DNA of 64,000 nucleotides, taken from assembly GCA_963783645.1 (NCBI GenBank), contig CAWAOH010000016.1:141719-205718 (forward strand), written 5' to 3'. Of this stretch, positions 10,139-19,574 are shown in pieces. The first letter of the stretch is position 1, and every line of letters starts with the position of its first letter. Origin of the DNA: Candidatus Bathyarchaeota archaeon. GTDB lineage: Archaea > Thermoproteota > Bathyarchaeia > 40CM-2-53-6. A program made the position numbers and the translations under genes. The notes beneath the pieces were generated by a model. That model searched no databases. It was not told where the DNA came from and saw nothing but the letters and a program-made list of their open reading frames with translations.

Positions 10139-11894
10139 ATGGCCAGTAGGAGAAACCCGTACTGGAGCAGAAAATGCAGAGCTCTGACTGTCATCAGAAA
10201 GAAACGCGGTCAAGTGTACAGTGAAAAGACCATCTCCACTTTGAGACGACGACATCGCGAATGGGAAAAAATCGTGGCAAATTGGGCGAACAGCTCACCT
10301 CAGCAGAAGGGAATTGTTGAAAACCCTTCAGGAATCCCACTTCAGAGACTGTATACCCCAACCGAAGTCTCACATGAAGATTACCTCCTGCACTTGGGGG
10401 TATCCAGGCGAGTACCCATACACGAGGGGAGTCTACCCAACTATGTATCGTGGCCGTCTGTGGACTATGCGGATGTTCTCTGGATTCGGCACTCCTGACG
10501 ATACGAATGCTCGACTCAAGTATCTCTTGCAGGAAGGTGAGACGGGTCTCAGCATAGCGTTTGACATGCCAACTTTGTACGGGTTCGATGCAGATCATGA
10601 AAGAGCGGAAGGTGAGGTTGGCAAATGCGGTGTATCCGTCTCGTCTTTGAAGGATATGGAGATCCTCTTTGACGGGATCCCACTGGATGAAGTGAGCACT
10701 TCCATGACCATCAACGCTCCAGCCTCCGTCCTCACATGTATGTACATGGCTGTGGCCGAGAAGCGTGGTCTCACAGTGTCGAAGCTGCGTGGGACTGTCC
10801 AGACCGATATTTTGAAGGAATACGCTGCCCAGAAAGAATGGGTGTATCCTCCTGAGGCTCACCTTAGAATAATCCGAGACATGATGCTCTATTCAGCGAA
10901 GCATCTGCCAGAATGGAACTACATCAGTGTCAGCGGCTACCACATTCGCGAAGCAGGTTCAAGCGCCTTGCAGGAATTAGCGTTCACGCTCGCTGATGGC
11001 TTCGCCTATCTAGATTTAGGACTAGAGGCTGACTTGAAAGTGGATGATTTTGCACCAAGGCTATCCTTTTTCTTCAATTGCGGCATGGATTTCTTTGAAG
11101 AAGTAGCGAAATTCCGTGCAGCACGAAGGATATGGGCACAGGTCGTGAAGGAGAAGTATCATGCAAGGAATCCTAAATCGATGCTGCTGAGATTCCACAC
11201 TCAGACGTCCGGAGCATCGCTAACCTGGCAACAGCCATTGAACAATATTGTGAGGACCGCTATCGAAGCCCTCGCTGCAGTGTTGGGGGGTACTCAATCA
11301 TTGCATACGAACGCCTATGATGAGGCGTGGGCGCTCCCGACGAAGGAGGCCGCGTTGGTCGCATTGAGAACGCAACAAATCATTGCGGAAGAAACTGGCG
11401 CCGCTGATGTAATCGACCCGTTGGGCGGCTCGTATTATGTGGAATGGTTGACCGATGAGATGGAAATGCGCACGTATGAATACCTAGCTAAAATAGAAGA
11501 GATTGGCGGGATCCTGCAGGCACTGAAGAAAGGATACATCCAGAAGGAGATCGCTGACACTGCTTACAAATACCAGCAGCAGATGGAGAATCATGATAGG
11601 ATTGTAGTTGGCGTAAACGCACACGTTATGAATGAACCTTCACCGATAAACACGCTACGAATCGACGAAAATGCTCGGCTAGGACAGATCGAGCGTCTGG
11701 ATAAAGTTAGAAAGTTCAGAGATTCTAAGAAAGTCGAATTGGCATTAGGCGACTTACAGCATTCCTTCCAGGATCCAAAATCGAATTGTATCTATCCCAT
11801 GCTGAAGGCTGTCAAAGCTTATGCCACTCTAGGTGAAATAGTGGAAGTCGGCAGAAAGGTATTCGGAGAATGGAAGGAACCTTCTATACTGTAG
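10139..11894 (+). CDS. Second methylmalonyl-CoA-mutase-family catalytic subunit (paralog), reading frame interrupted near 10396-10400
   Basis: The N-terminal part lies in ORF 10139-10498 (..WEKIVANW..GIPLQRLYTPTEVSHEDYLLHLG) and continues in the other frame as YPGEYPYTRGVYPTMYRGRLWTMRMFSGFGTP... A GGGGG run at 10396-10400 would restore the frame as GGGG. Confidence 0.8.
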
Positions 11895-11906
11895 GAAACT
11901 GTGTAG

Positions 11907-12353
11907 GTGGCCGCGATTTCAACAGCTAAACTGATCTCAAGAGGAATACAGAGAAGAATCAGAATCCTAGTGGCGAAACCTGGTCTTGACGGACACGACC
12001 GCGGTGCCTTAATCCTCTGTAGAGCACTTCGAGATGCTGGGATGGAGGTCATATATGCAGGACTGCTCGCCAGCCCCGAGCAAGTAGCTCAAATGGCTAT
12101 CGATGAAGATGTAGACGTCGTAGCCCTGAGCCTCCTAAATGGAGCACACATGACCGCATTCGCGAAAGTAGCTAGAGCTTTGAAGGAGAAACGTGCGGCC
12201 GACATTCTACTCGTTGGCGGAGGAATCATACCTGAAGAAGATAAACCGAAACTCGAAAAACTCGGAATCACCGGGAACTTTGGTCCAGGGACATCACTGA
12301 AGACAATCATTGACCATATTGAAGAGCGCGTCAAGAAAGAACGATGGAAATAA
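11907..12353 (+). CDS. Methylmalonyl-CoA mutase small subunit (B12-binding domain)
   Basis: DGHDRG cobalamin-binding motif (VAKPGLDGHDRGALIL) in a 148-aa protein. Confidence 0.85.
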   Translation: MAAISTAKLISRGIQRRIRILVAKPGLDGHDRGALILCRALRDAGMEVIYAGLLASPEQVAQMAIDEDVDVVALSLLNGAHMTAFAKVARALKEKRAADILLVGGGIIPEEDKPKLEKLGITGNFGPGTSLKTIIDHIEERVKKERWK

Positions 12354-12354
12354 T

Positions 12355-12801
12355 TCATAGCCTTTCGAAGTAGGCAATATCGAGGATCGAGCCAGTCCGC
12401 TGCGCTTTGTCCTTGAAGACGACGCGCACTTTGTCGCCGATCGCAACGTCACCGTGAACCTTCTGAATTAGCCCTCCATGAGTTCCATTGAAACGAACAA
12501 ACGCTACCGTCGTTGGTTTCTCCATAGCTTTTCCCTGCGAGTCCCTATAGCAAGTTGTATAGCTCTCAACTGTTCCCGTGTTCTCCACATTCACGAAATC
12601 AACTAGTCTTGACATGCAACGTTCGCAAAAGATTCGCGGAGGAACGTAAGTGATATCACATTTCTTACAGCGACTGCCAACCAGTTTTCCATTATCTTTG
12701 ATTTCGCGAAAGAACTTCTCGCCCGCAACTCCTACAGTGTACCTGAAGTAGACGGGGAAGTCTCCTTCCACTTTCCAAATGTCAGTTGACATTTCCCTCA
12801 T
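12355..12801 (-). CDS. DUF35 family protein (Zn-ribbon + OB-fold; thiolase / HMG-CoA synthase partner)
   Basis: CKKCDITYVPPRIFCERC zinc ribbon followed by an OB-like C-terminus. The start was moved to an internal Met (MREMS/MSTDIW) to avoid a 70-nt overlap with the upstream paralog. Confidence 0.65.
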   Translation of the reverse strand: MREMSTDIWKVEGDFPVYFRYTVGVAGEKFFREIKDNGKLVGSRCKKCDITYVPPRIFCERCMSRLVDFVNVENTGTVESYTTCYRDSQGKAMEKPTTVAFVRFNGTHGGLIQKVHGDVAIGDKVRVVFKDKAQRTGSILDIAYFERL

Positions 12802-13304
12802 TCCCCGATTGGTTTGAAGTAATGGATGTCCGTGATTGATCCCGTTCTTTCGGAAGGTTGCTTCCACACTGCTTTGACCTTCAGTCCTATTCTGATGGCG
12901 TCGGGTTTTATTTCTCCAAGGATGTGAAGAAATCCGGCTTTGTCAGTTCCGTCGATCTCAATCACTGCGGGAATTATCGGTGTTTTCAGTCGAGTGGTGT
13001 CGGTTGAGATATGAGATACTGAGTAAGTGTTAATGATGCCTGTGTCTGGCAGATTCAGATAACTGTCGGAACGGCGGAAACAATATTCACAGAATATGCG
13101 TGGTGGCACAACTATTCTTCCGCATTTCTCACATTTACTCCCGTAGATTCTGCCTTCTTTCAATCCCCCAAGAAACTTCGATATAGCAATTCCAGTAGCC
13201 CAAGCATACTTTGCCTGAGGGTGATACATCACTGTCAACACCTTCTGCTTCGCAAGGTCTTCTTCGCTGAGAGGAGTTCCAGACGGAGGTATGTTCGTTT
13301 TCAC
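12798..13304 (-). CDS. DUF35 family protein (Zn-ribbon + OB-fold), tandem paralog
   Basis: CEKCGRIVVPPRIFCEYC zinc ribbon, in the same arrangement as the downstream paralog. Confidence 0.7.
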   Translation of the reverse strand: MKTNIPPSGTPLSEEDLAKQKVLTVMYHPQAKYAWATGIAISKFLGGLKEGRIYGSKCEKCGRIVVPPRIFCEYCFRRSDSYLNLPDTGIINTYSVSHISTDTTRLKTPIIPAVIEIDGTDKAGFLHILGEIKPDAIRIGLKVKAVWKQPSERTGSITDIHYFKPIGE

Positions 13305-13317
13305 TGAAGGTTGCCTC

Positions 13318-13602
13318 TTAGGATCTCATTACGACGACTGTTCCAATTTGCATAAGATCTCCCCATGCTTGGGCGACTGCAGTGCGAGGGTCGCCTGCTA
13401 CCTGGCGTTTTCCTGCTTCGCCGCGAAGCTGCCAGAACAATTCACAAATCTTCATGAGACCAGCCGCCGCGATCGGATTACCCACACCCAGCAATCCTCC
13501 TGACGGGCAGATTGGGAGTTTTCCATCCCGTTGCGTAACTCCTTCGGCTGTGAGCTTCGGAGCTTCGCCTTTTCGGCAGAGTAGCAACCCCTCCATCACC
13601 AC
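13318..13602 (-). pseudogene. Thiolase C-terminal fragment (remnant)
   Basis: The 94-aa ORF matches only the last ~90 residues of the intact thiolase at 14856-16028 (..CPSGGLLGVGNPIAAAGL..QLRGEAGKRQV vs ..NTSGGLKAKGHPVGATGI..QLTNQAGKRQV). A stop lies immediately upstream, and nothing thiolase-like was seen by eye in the next ~150 nt. Confidence 0.6.
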
Positions 13603-14855
13603 GCCTCACAGAGGTCATAATTGACATGTGGAACAACTCAGCACTAGGCAAAGGGGCCCCCTAGTCATAACCGCCATCGAAAAGAAGTATCAAGTGCACC
13701 TAGCAGCGCTAGCACAAGAGGTATACTCCGCTTACAAGGCCTCAAAAGGCAGTGAAGAGGGCCTTCAACTACTCATCAAAAGTATACCCCACGCCCAACA
13801 ACTCCCTCGACCACACCTCAAACCCCACCCTCAACCGCTATAATTACACCTGAAGACCAAAAATCAAGCACAAATCAGGCATTACAACCGAATAGTCGCT
13901 CCCTGAAGGAGAGGTAAATGGTGGGGTAGGAGGTAGTGGTAGTGGGAGTCAGACGGTGGCGCATTGAAGGCGTGGTAGAAGGTGTAGTTGACGTGTTCGC
14001 AGCGGACCCAGAAGTTGAGTGATGAGCGGGCAATCAGTATGGCAAAAAGGAGACCCATTCATCTCAAAAGGGGTCACCGGAACCTCCAACGAGGGCTACT
14101 GCAAGCTTTGCGGAACGTTAGGGCCAGAAAACGAAATTACCCGTCGTTGAGAAGGCCGCTGAGATTGTTGCAGAAGCTTGCCGAATCCGTGTATAAGGGG
14201 GACAGTGACCCGAATAGCGACCCGAAGGCGATAAGGAACGTGTTGGCTACCGTGCCAAGAGCGCGTAAGGAGCCTGCAACAGCTCCAAGTACGCCGCCGA
14301 GAGCTCCCCAAAACCTTGCTGGAGCGTGTCGAGAAGCACGCAAGGACCACAAACATCACAACAAGGACCAATCTTGAATACGAATTTGGCCCCAAATGGT
14401 GATGTTAATCAAACAAGGTCTAGAACACGCAGCAAACACTCCAAAATAAGGGTCCAAACACTGTGCCGAACAGTCAAAACGGTGTCTAGAACAGTCAGGT
14501 CGACCCTCTCTGCAAGTACTTCGCCCCTCCCACCGGATGATGGTGGTGGAAGGCGTTATTTGCTGATGCCGATGGGCGCAAGTATGACACTGGAGGAGGC
14601 TCTTTCATTAAACCGCGTCGGCCGCGCACAAACTTCTCCAACCACAACATCCCTGCAAGAGCTCTCGCAACCAGAATCCGCACTGAAAAGCTGTCAAGAA
14701 ACGGTTCGGCTAGCGTCGTCTAGTAATCACAAGCGAATTGCCATGAAATCACCATGGACAGAAAGGATTGTCCACTGTAACGATTCGTGCGTCGATTTGG
14801 TCTCGATACGTTCATTTATCCGCCATCCCAATCGCAGATCAGGATTGTCATCGAA

Positions 14856-16028
14856 ATGGTTTCGCCAGTCGCCTGCATAGTCTCCGCTGGCATCACGAAG
14901 TTTGGTGTCCGTGAGGGACTCTATAGCAGGGAATTGTTCGCGGAGGCAGAAAAGGAAGCAGTTGACAAGTGCCCAAACCTGGATCCTAGGAAGGATATCC
15001 AAGCCCTTTTTGTTGGTATGATGAGCGAGTCGTATGAGCATCAGGCACACGTTGCGCCCTTATTCCTTGACTGGGTTGGCCTACTGCCTAAACCAGCTTT
15101 CAGAACCGAAGGCGCTTGCGCCTCTTCAAGCGTCGCACTCAGAGTCGCCTTATTTTCTATAGCTTCCGGCATGTATGACGTTGTTCTCGTTGGAGGAGTC
15201 GAAAAAATGACCCATGTGAGCACTACCGGTGTCACGGAGATACTTGCGATGGCATCCGACTTCCCATTCGAACAGTGGCACGGCATCTCGTTCCCAGGGA
15301 TTTTCGGAATGATGGCGGTAGATCATATGCACCGCTATGGGACTACCGAGGAGCAGTTGGCGAAGGTTGCCGTGAAGAATCATGATCATGGTGTGCTGAA
15401 TCCGAAAGCTCACTTTCAGAAGCGAATCACAGTGGATGACGTTCTCTCATCCCAACCTGTGGCATGGCCGCTCAAATTGTATGACTGCTGCCCGCGAAGT
15501 GATGGTGCCAGCTGCATCATACTAGCATCGCCGAAGGTGGCGAAGAAGTTCACGGACACCCCAGTGAACATTATCGGGTCGGGGCATGCGCAGGACACTC
15601 TCAGCCTGGCCGAGAGGGAGAACTTCAGTGCCATGCAGGTCACAAAGCTCGCTTCTCATGAAGCTTACAGCATGGCCAAGATTACGCCGCAGGATGTTGA
15701 CGTAGCTGAACTTCACGACTGTTTTACAATTGCAGAGATAATTGCGTACGAGGATCTTGGATTTTGCAAGGTCGGAGAGGGCGGCAAGTTCATCGACGAA
15801 GGCCAAACGCACCTTGGGGGAAAAATTCCCGTGAACACTAGCGGCGGATTGAAAGCGAAGGGGCATCCTGTGGGTGCAACTGGTATAGCGCAAGCATGCG
15901 AAATCTATCTGCAGTTGACAAACCAAGCAGGGAAAAGACAAGTTTCTGGTGCGGAGATCGGGCTCACTGAGAACGTGGGAGGGGCAGCGTCCACTGGATT
16001 GGTACACGTGTATCAAAGAGGAGATTGA
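14856..16028 (+). CDS. Acetyl-CoA C-acetyltransferase / 3-ketoacyl-CoA thiolase (archaeal type)
   Basis: CIVSAGITKFG N-terminus, active-site regions (EGACASSSVA; NTSGGLKAKGHPVGATG), and a DUF35 gene follows. The start was placed at internal Met MVSPVACIV. Confidence 0.85.
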   Translation: MVSPVACIVSAGITKFGVREGLYSRELFAEAEKEAVDKCPNLDPRKDIQALFVGMMSESYEHQAHVAPLFLDWVGLLPKPAFRTEGACASSSVALRVALFSIASGMYDVVLVGGVEKMTHVSTTGVTEILAMASDFPFEQWHGISFPGIFGMMAVDHMHRYGTTEEQLAKVAVKNHDHGVLNPKAHFQKRITVDDVLSSQPVAWPLKLYDCCPRSDGASCIILASPKVAKKFTDTPVNIIGSGHAQDTLSLAERENFSAMQVTKLASHEAYSMAKITPQDVDVAELHDCFTIAEIIAYEDLGFCKVGEGGKFIDEGQTHLGGKIPVNTSGGLKAKGHPVGATGIAQACEIYLQLTNQAGKRQVSGAEIGLTENVGGAASTGLVHVYQRGD

Positions 16029-16031
16029 ACG

Positions 16032-16481
16032 ATGTCAAAGACAACACTAAGGCAGGAAAACAAAACAGCTTTCGTAATAGACGAAACTGGAACTATCCTA
16101 CCTACAGTACAGAATTTCTACAACTACTGTTCAGAGCGCAAACTCATGGGGACAAAGTGCACGAAATGTGGCGCGATAATGTGCCCACCTCGCACGATCT
16201 GTAAAAAATGCCTAGGACCCAAGTTTGAATGGGTCGAATTCAAAGGACGCGGAAAGCTCCTAACTTACACAATCATTCACTTTCCTCCAACCCAATTTCA
16301 AGCACTCGCTCCCTATGCCGTGGGCATAGTCAAACTGGAAGAAGGACCACAACTATCGGGCATGATCAAGAACGTGAAAGTCGAAGAAATCCAAATAGGA
16401 ATGCCGCTACAGGTCGACTATGAAACCGCTATTCCAAAGGAATGGCCAAGATGGGCAAGATACTTTTTCAAACCTGAGTAG
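16032..16481 (+). CDS. DUF35 family protein (Zn-ribbon + OB-fold), thiolase partner
   Basis: CTKCGAIMCPPRTICKKC zinc ribbon; starts 4 nt after the thiolase stop. Confidence 0.8.
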   Translation: MSKTTLRQENKTAFVIDETGTILPTVQNFYNYCSERKLMGTKCTKCGAIMCPPRTICKKCLGPKFEWVEFKGRGKLLTYTIIHFPPTQFQALAPYAVGIVKLEEGPQLSGMIKNVKVEEIQIGMPLQVDYETAIPKEWPRWARYFFKPE

Positions 16482-16567
16482 TCAGCACGATCGGTTGCAT
16501 TCCTAGTTCCTCGGATTGGAATATTCCTATCAGCATAATTAGCTCTCCAAATTATTAATATAGGAAT

Positions 16568-17551
16568 ATGCTGACGGAGCGCCGTCAAATCGAGGGTCTA
16601 GGCAAAGTGGATCAATTTCATCTGACTGGCGTCTTTCCCAGATCGGAACAACTCATTGAGGTATCTCGACGGTTGGATTGCGGTTTGGCAAATGAGGCCG
16701 AACTTCAGAATAGTCTGGATGACGCAGCGCAAGGATTGATTCAGCTGCAGATTGAGAATCAGTTCGACCTGTTAGTGGACGGGCAATTGAATTGGCAGGA
16801 TCTATTCCGGCCTTTCACTGATCTCTTTAGCGGGATTGAACTTGGCAGTTTGACGCGCTGGTTTGATAACAATACTTTCTTTCGAGCGCCAGTGGTGAAG
16901 GATAAGGTACGGCGGAGCAAGGTTAGCATCGATAAATACTTCCTTCATACTCTTATCCCTAATCGGCATCGTAAATCGATATTGCCTGGACCATTCACTT
17001 TCGCGAAACTCTCACGGAACGACACTCACGCTAGCTTTGCGGATCTCGTTGACGACCTCGCGCATGCGCTTGCTGAGGTAGCTAGCGAGCTGACTCAGAA
17101 AGGATACACATTCATCCAATTCAACGAACCATCACTCTTCGCAGCAAATCGGGAAGAACTAGAAGCTGCCAGACATGGGTTCGAGACGCTAGCGAAGATT
17201 AGTTCGCGTATCATGATTCAAACTTACTTTGGCAGTATCCACGGCATCATTGCAGAACTGTTAGATTTTCCTGTAAATTGCATCGGCATCGATCTCTATG
17301 CAAACGATATCACTGACCTCTCTCAGCGGGCGTTTGATAGAGAGCTAAGCTGCGGCTGCGTCGACGGACGCAACTCCTTACTTGAATCCCCAGAACACAT
17401 TATCGACTTGATGACTAAGGTGAGAAACTCTGTCGAGCCGCGTCAGTTGTACGTCGGCCCGAATTGTGATCTCGAATTTCTTCCCTACTCCGTCGCCGAA
17501 AAGAAAGTTCGATTGTTAGGAGAGGTAAGGAGAAAGCTGAATGTCCAGTAG
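16568..17551 (+). CDS. MetE-like (cobalamin-independent methionine synthase) N-terminal-type domain protein
   Basis: Fold motif GSLTRWFDNNTFFRAPVV (compare MetE ..TKWFDTNYHY..) with no Zn-binding catalytic motifs. Stands alone upstream of the catalytic-domain gene. Confidence 0.55.
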   Translation: MLTERRQIEGLGKVDQFHLTGVFPRSEQLIEVSRRLDCGLANEAELQNSLDDAAQGLIQLQIENQFDLLVDGQLNWQDLFRPFTDLFSGIELGSLTRWFDNNTFFRAPVVKDKVRRSKVSIDKYFLHTLIPNRHRKSILPGPFTFAKLSRNDTHASFADLVDDLAHALAEVASELTQKGYTFIQFNEPSLFAANREELEAARHGFETLAKISSRIMIQTYFGSIHGIIAELLDFPVNCIGIDLYANDITDLSQRAFDRELSCGCVDGRNSLLESPEHIIDLMTKVRNSVEPRQLYVGPNCDLEFLPYSVAEKKVRLLGEVRRKLNVQ

Positions 17552-18678
17552 TTTGTTTCCCACGCAGGAGATTGGAAGCCTACCCAAAGCCCCTTGGCTT
17601 CTCTCCTACCTTCGCGGCAAGAAACTAGAACAAATAGACTTGGATCATTTGGAAAAATGGTCAAACGTTTTAGAGTTCGAATGCAAAAGTGAAGCTCTCA
17701 CAATTCTGAATCAGCCCAAGACCAAGGATAACGAGCTGCGCTTGAGGCAGCTAGCCTCGCTTTTCGGAATCCGCTTTCTGGAATCTTCAGGACTCGATAT
17801 CGTGTACGATGGAGAAGCAAACCGGATAGAGATGTACGAGCATGCGATCAGAAACGCAGATGGCTTCGAGTTCTATGGACGCGTTCGTTCCTTTGACAAC
17901 CGATACTACCGAAAAGCCGCCTGTGTCCAGAAAGTGGGATTTCGTGTTCCATATCACTTGGACGAGTTCAATTACGTTTCGAAACACGCGACAAAGCAAG
18001 TGAAAGTTCCGATAACTGGACCATACACGTTGGCGGAATGGTCGTTTAATGAATTCTACCAGAAGAAACTGATGAGTGGAGGTACAGGTCTCAAATCCAT
18101 CAAGCAGGATGCAAAGAGAGAGTTTCTCCTAGACATCGCCAATGAACTTCTCAGACCCAACATAGACGCCCTCACCCGAGCGGGTGCTACTTGGATTCAA
18201 GTAGACGAACCCGCATTGGCCACTGCGGCCCGAAGATGTTCCGCTTTTCGTAGAAGCTTTCAACGAATGCACCCGCGGAATAAACTGCAAACTAAGCGTT
18301 CACATATGCTACAGCGACTACCAATCACTATACCCCCACATCTTGGAGCTAAAGAACTGCAGCCAATTGGCTCTTGAATTCGCAAACCGCGACAGTGGTA
18401 AACATGACGCATACGAACAACTGCGCCTGTTGAAAGACTCGGGAGACAACCGTGAAATCGGTCTGGGCGTTGTAGACGTCCACGTGAACACTATAGAGGA
18501 TCCGAAGATCGTGCTGGAGAGAACCGTCCACGCTGCAAAGTTCATTGAACCAACCAAGATCTACTTGAACCCAGATTGCGGACTTCGAACGCGACCCTGG
18601 GATGTAACCTATGCAAAGCTTCGAAGCATAGTGATTGGTGCGGATCTCGCAAGGAAATCTCTTGTCAGAGGCAGTTGA
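17541..18678 (+). CDS. MetE-like catalytic (C-terminal-type) domain protein, frame interrupted near 18215-18232
   Basis: FPTQEIGSLPKAP..IQVDEPAL in one frame, then PEDVPLFVEAFNECTRGINCKLSVHICYSDY...LNPDCGLRTRPW in the +1 frame (ORF 18343-18678). HICYSD and NPDCGL are MetE catalytic signatures. Confidence 0.65.
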
Positions 18679-19572
18679 TTGACGCGTCTATCCGATATTC
18701 TTGCGGTAAAACGAAGAATAGTGACTACAGAGTTCCTGCCGCCAAACTTTCCGGATTTAACTGAACTCGTTCAAGTAGCGTTGAAAGTGGCTAATGCTGT
18801 AGATTGCATAAGCATCCCGGAAATCAAGGCAAATTACAATAACGTACCCCGACACAGAATGAATCCGTTCCATGTCGCATTACGTATTCGTGACTTAACG
18901 GGTGTCGAGACCCTATTTCACCTAACCCCACGTGATTACAATAAGAATGCCATCGCCGGCACATTACTGGCGGCAGCTCAATCAAACCTGCACAATCTGC
19001 TCGTAATTGGTGGAGATCGATACACCTATGATGAGACCATTAGTATCGCTAAGAACGTGTATGATTTCGCCAATAGTGTGGAAATGATCAAAGGCATTAG
19101 GAGTTTCGAGAATGAGTTTGATCTGAATGGGTCACAGAAGTTCTTCGTGGCGGCTGGTACTGACCCAACACTCATCTATTCTCAGGATAAGATGAAGCTT
19201 GAAAAGGAAATGGACAGACTGCTTGGACGTCAGGATGCAGGAGCGGACGCCATCCAAACCCAACCCGTATTCGATTTGAGTTGTCTCGAGTTCATTGATA
19301 TCGCACGAGAACATGGCGTCAGGGTCCCATTTATGGTCGGATTGCTTCCCTTGCGGAGCGAAGCTGATGCCGGTTATATAGAAAGACGATTCGGGATAAC
19401 AATTCCTCATGATTACAAAACTTCGTTAAAGGATCCTTTTGATGGCGAAAGGAAGCCATGTGAACTCGCAGTTGAGTTGCTGAAGAACGGAGTGACCTGC
19501 TTGCACATATATCCGCGGGAAGATCTGAATTTTGTGTTGCGAGTAGCTGAGGCGATTAAGATCAGTTCATGA
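18679..19572 (+). CDS. Methylenetetrahydrofolate reductase (MetF)-like protein
   Basis: TTEFLPP..SIPE..FHLTPRDYNKNAIAGTLLAA..LLVIGGDRY matches the MetF pattern (SfEFfPPk..HLTc..NiLALRGD). Clustered with the metE-like genes. Confidence 0.6.
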   Translation: MTRLSDILAVKRRIVTTEFLPPNFPDLTELVQVALKVANAVDCISIPEIKANYNNVPRHRMNPFHVALRIRDLTGVETLFHLTPRDYNKNAIAGTLLAAAQSNLHNLLVIGGDRYTYDETISIAKNVYDFANSVEMIKGIRSFENEFDLNGSQKFFVAAGTDPTLIYSQDKMKLEKEMDRLLGRQDAGADAIQTQPVFDLSCLEFIDIAREHGVRVPFMVGLLPLRSEADAGYIERRFGITIPHDYKTSLKDPFDGERKPCELAVELLKNGVTCLHIYPREDLNFVLRVAEAIKISS

Positions 19573-19574
19573 CT

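Noticed and set aside
10194-10862. 222-aa minus-strand ORF spanning the start of the second mutase gene
   Set aside because: Antisense to conserved mutase coding sequence with no motifs, so it is a shadow ORF.
14137-14352. 71-aa minus-strand ORF with a glycine-zipper-like hydrophobic stretch (GALGGVLGAVAGSLRALG) inside the first A+C-rich island
   Set aside because: Several overlapping ORFs in all frames of this biased region look equally plausible or implausible, and it has no start context or partner, so I kept it as non-coding.
16549-16564. A/T block aaattattaatatagg just upstream of the metE-like N-domain gene, considered as TATA box
   Set aside because: It is only ~12 nt from the annotated start codon, too close for an archaeal TATA-to-start distance unless the true start is further downstream, so I did not call it.
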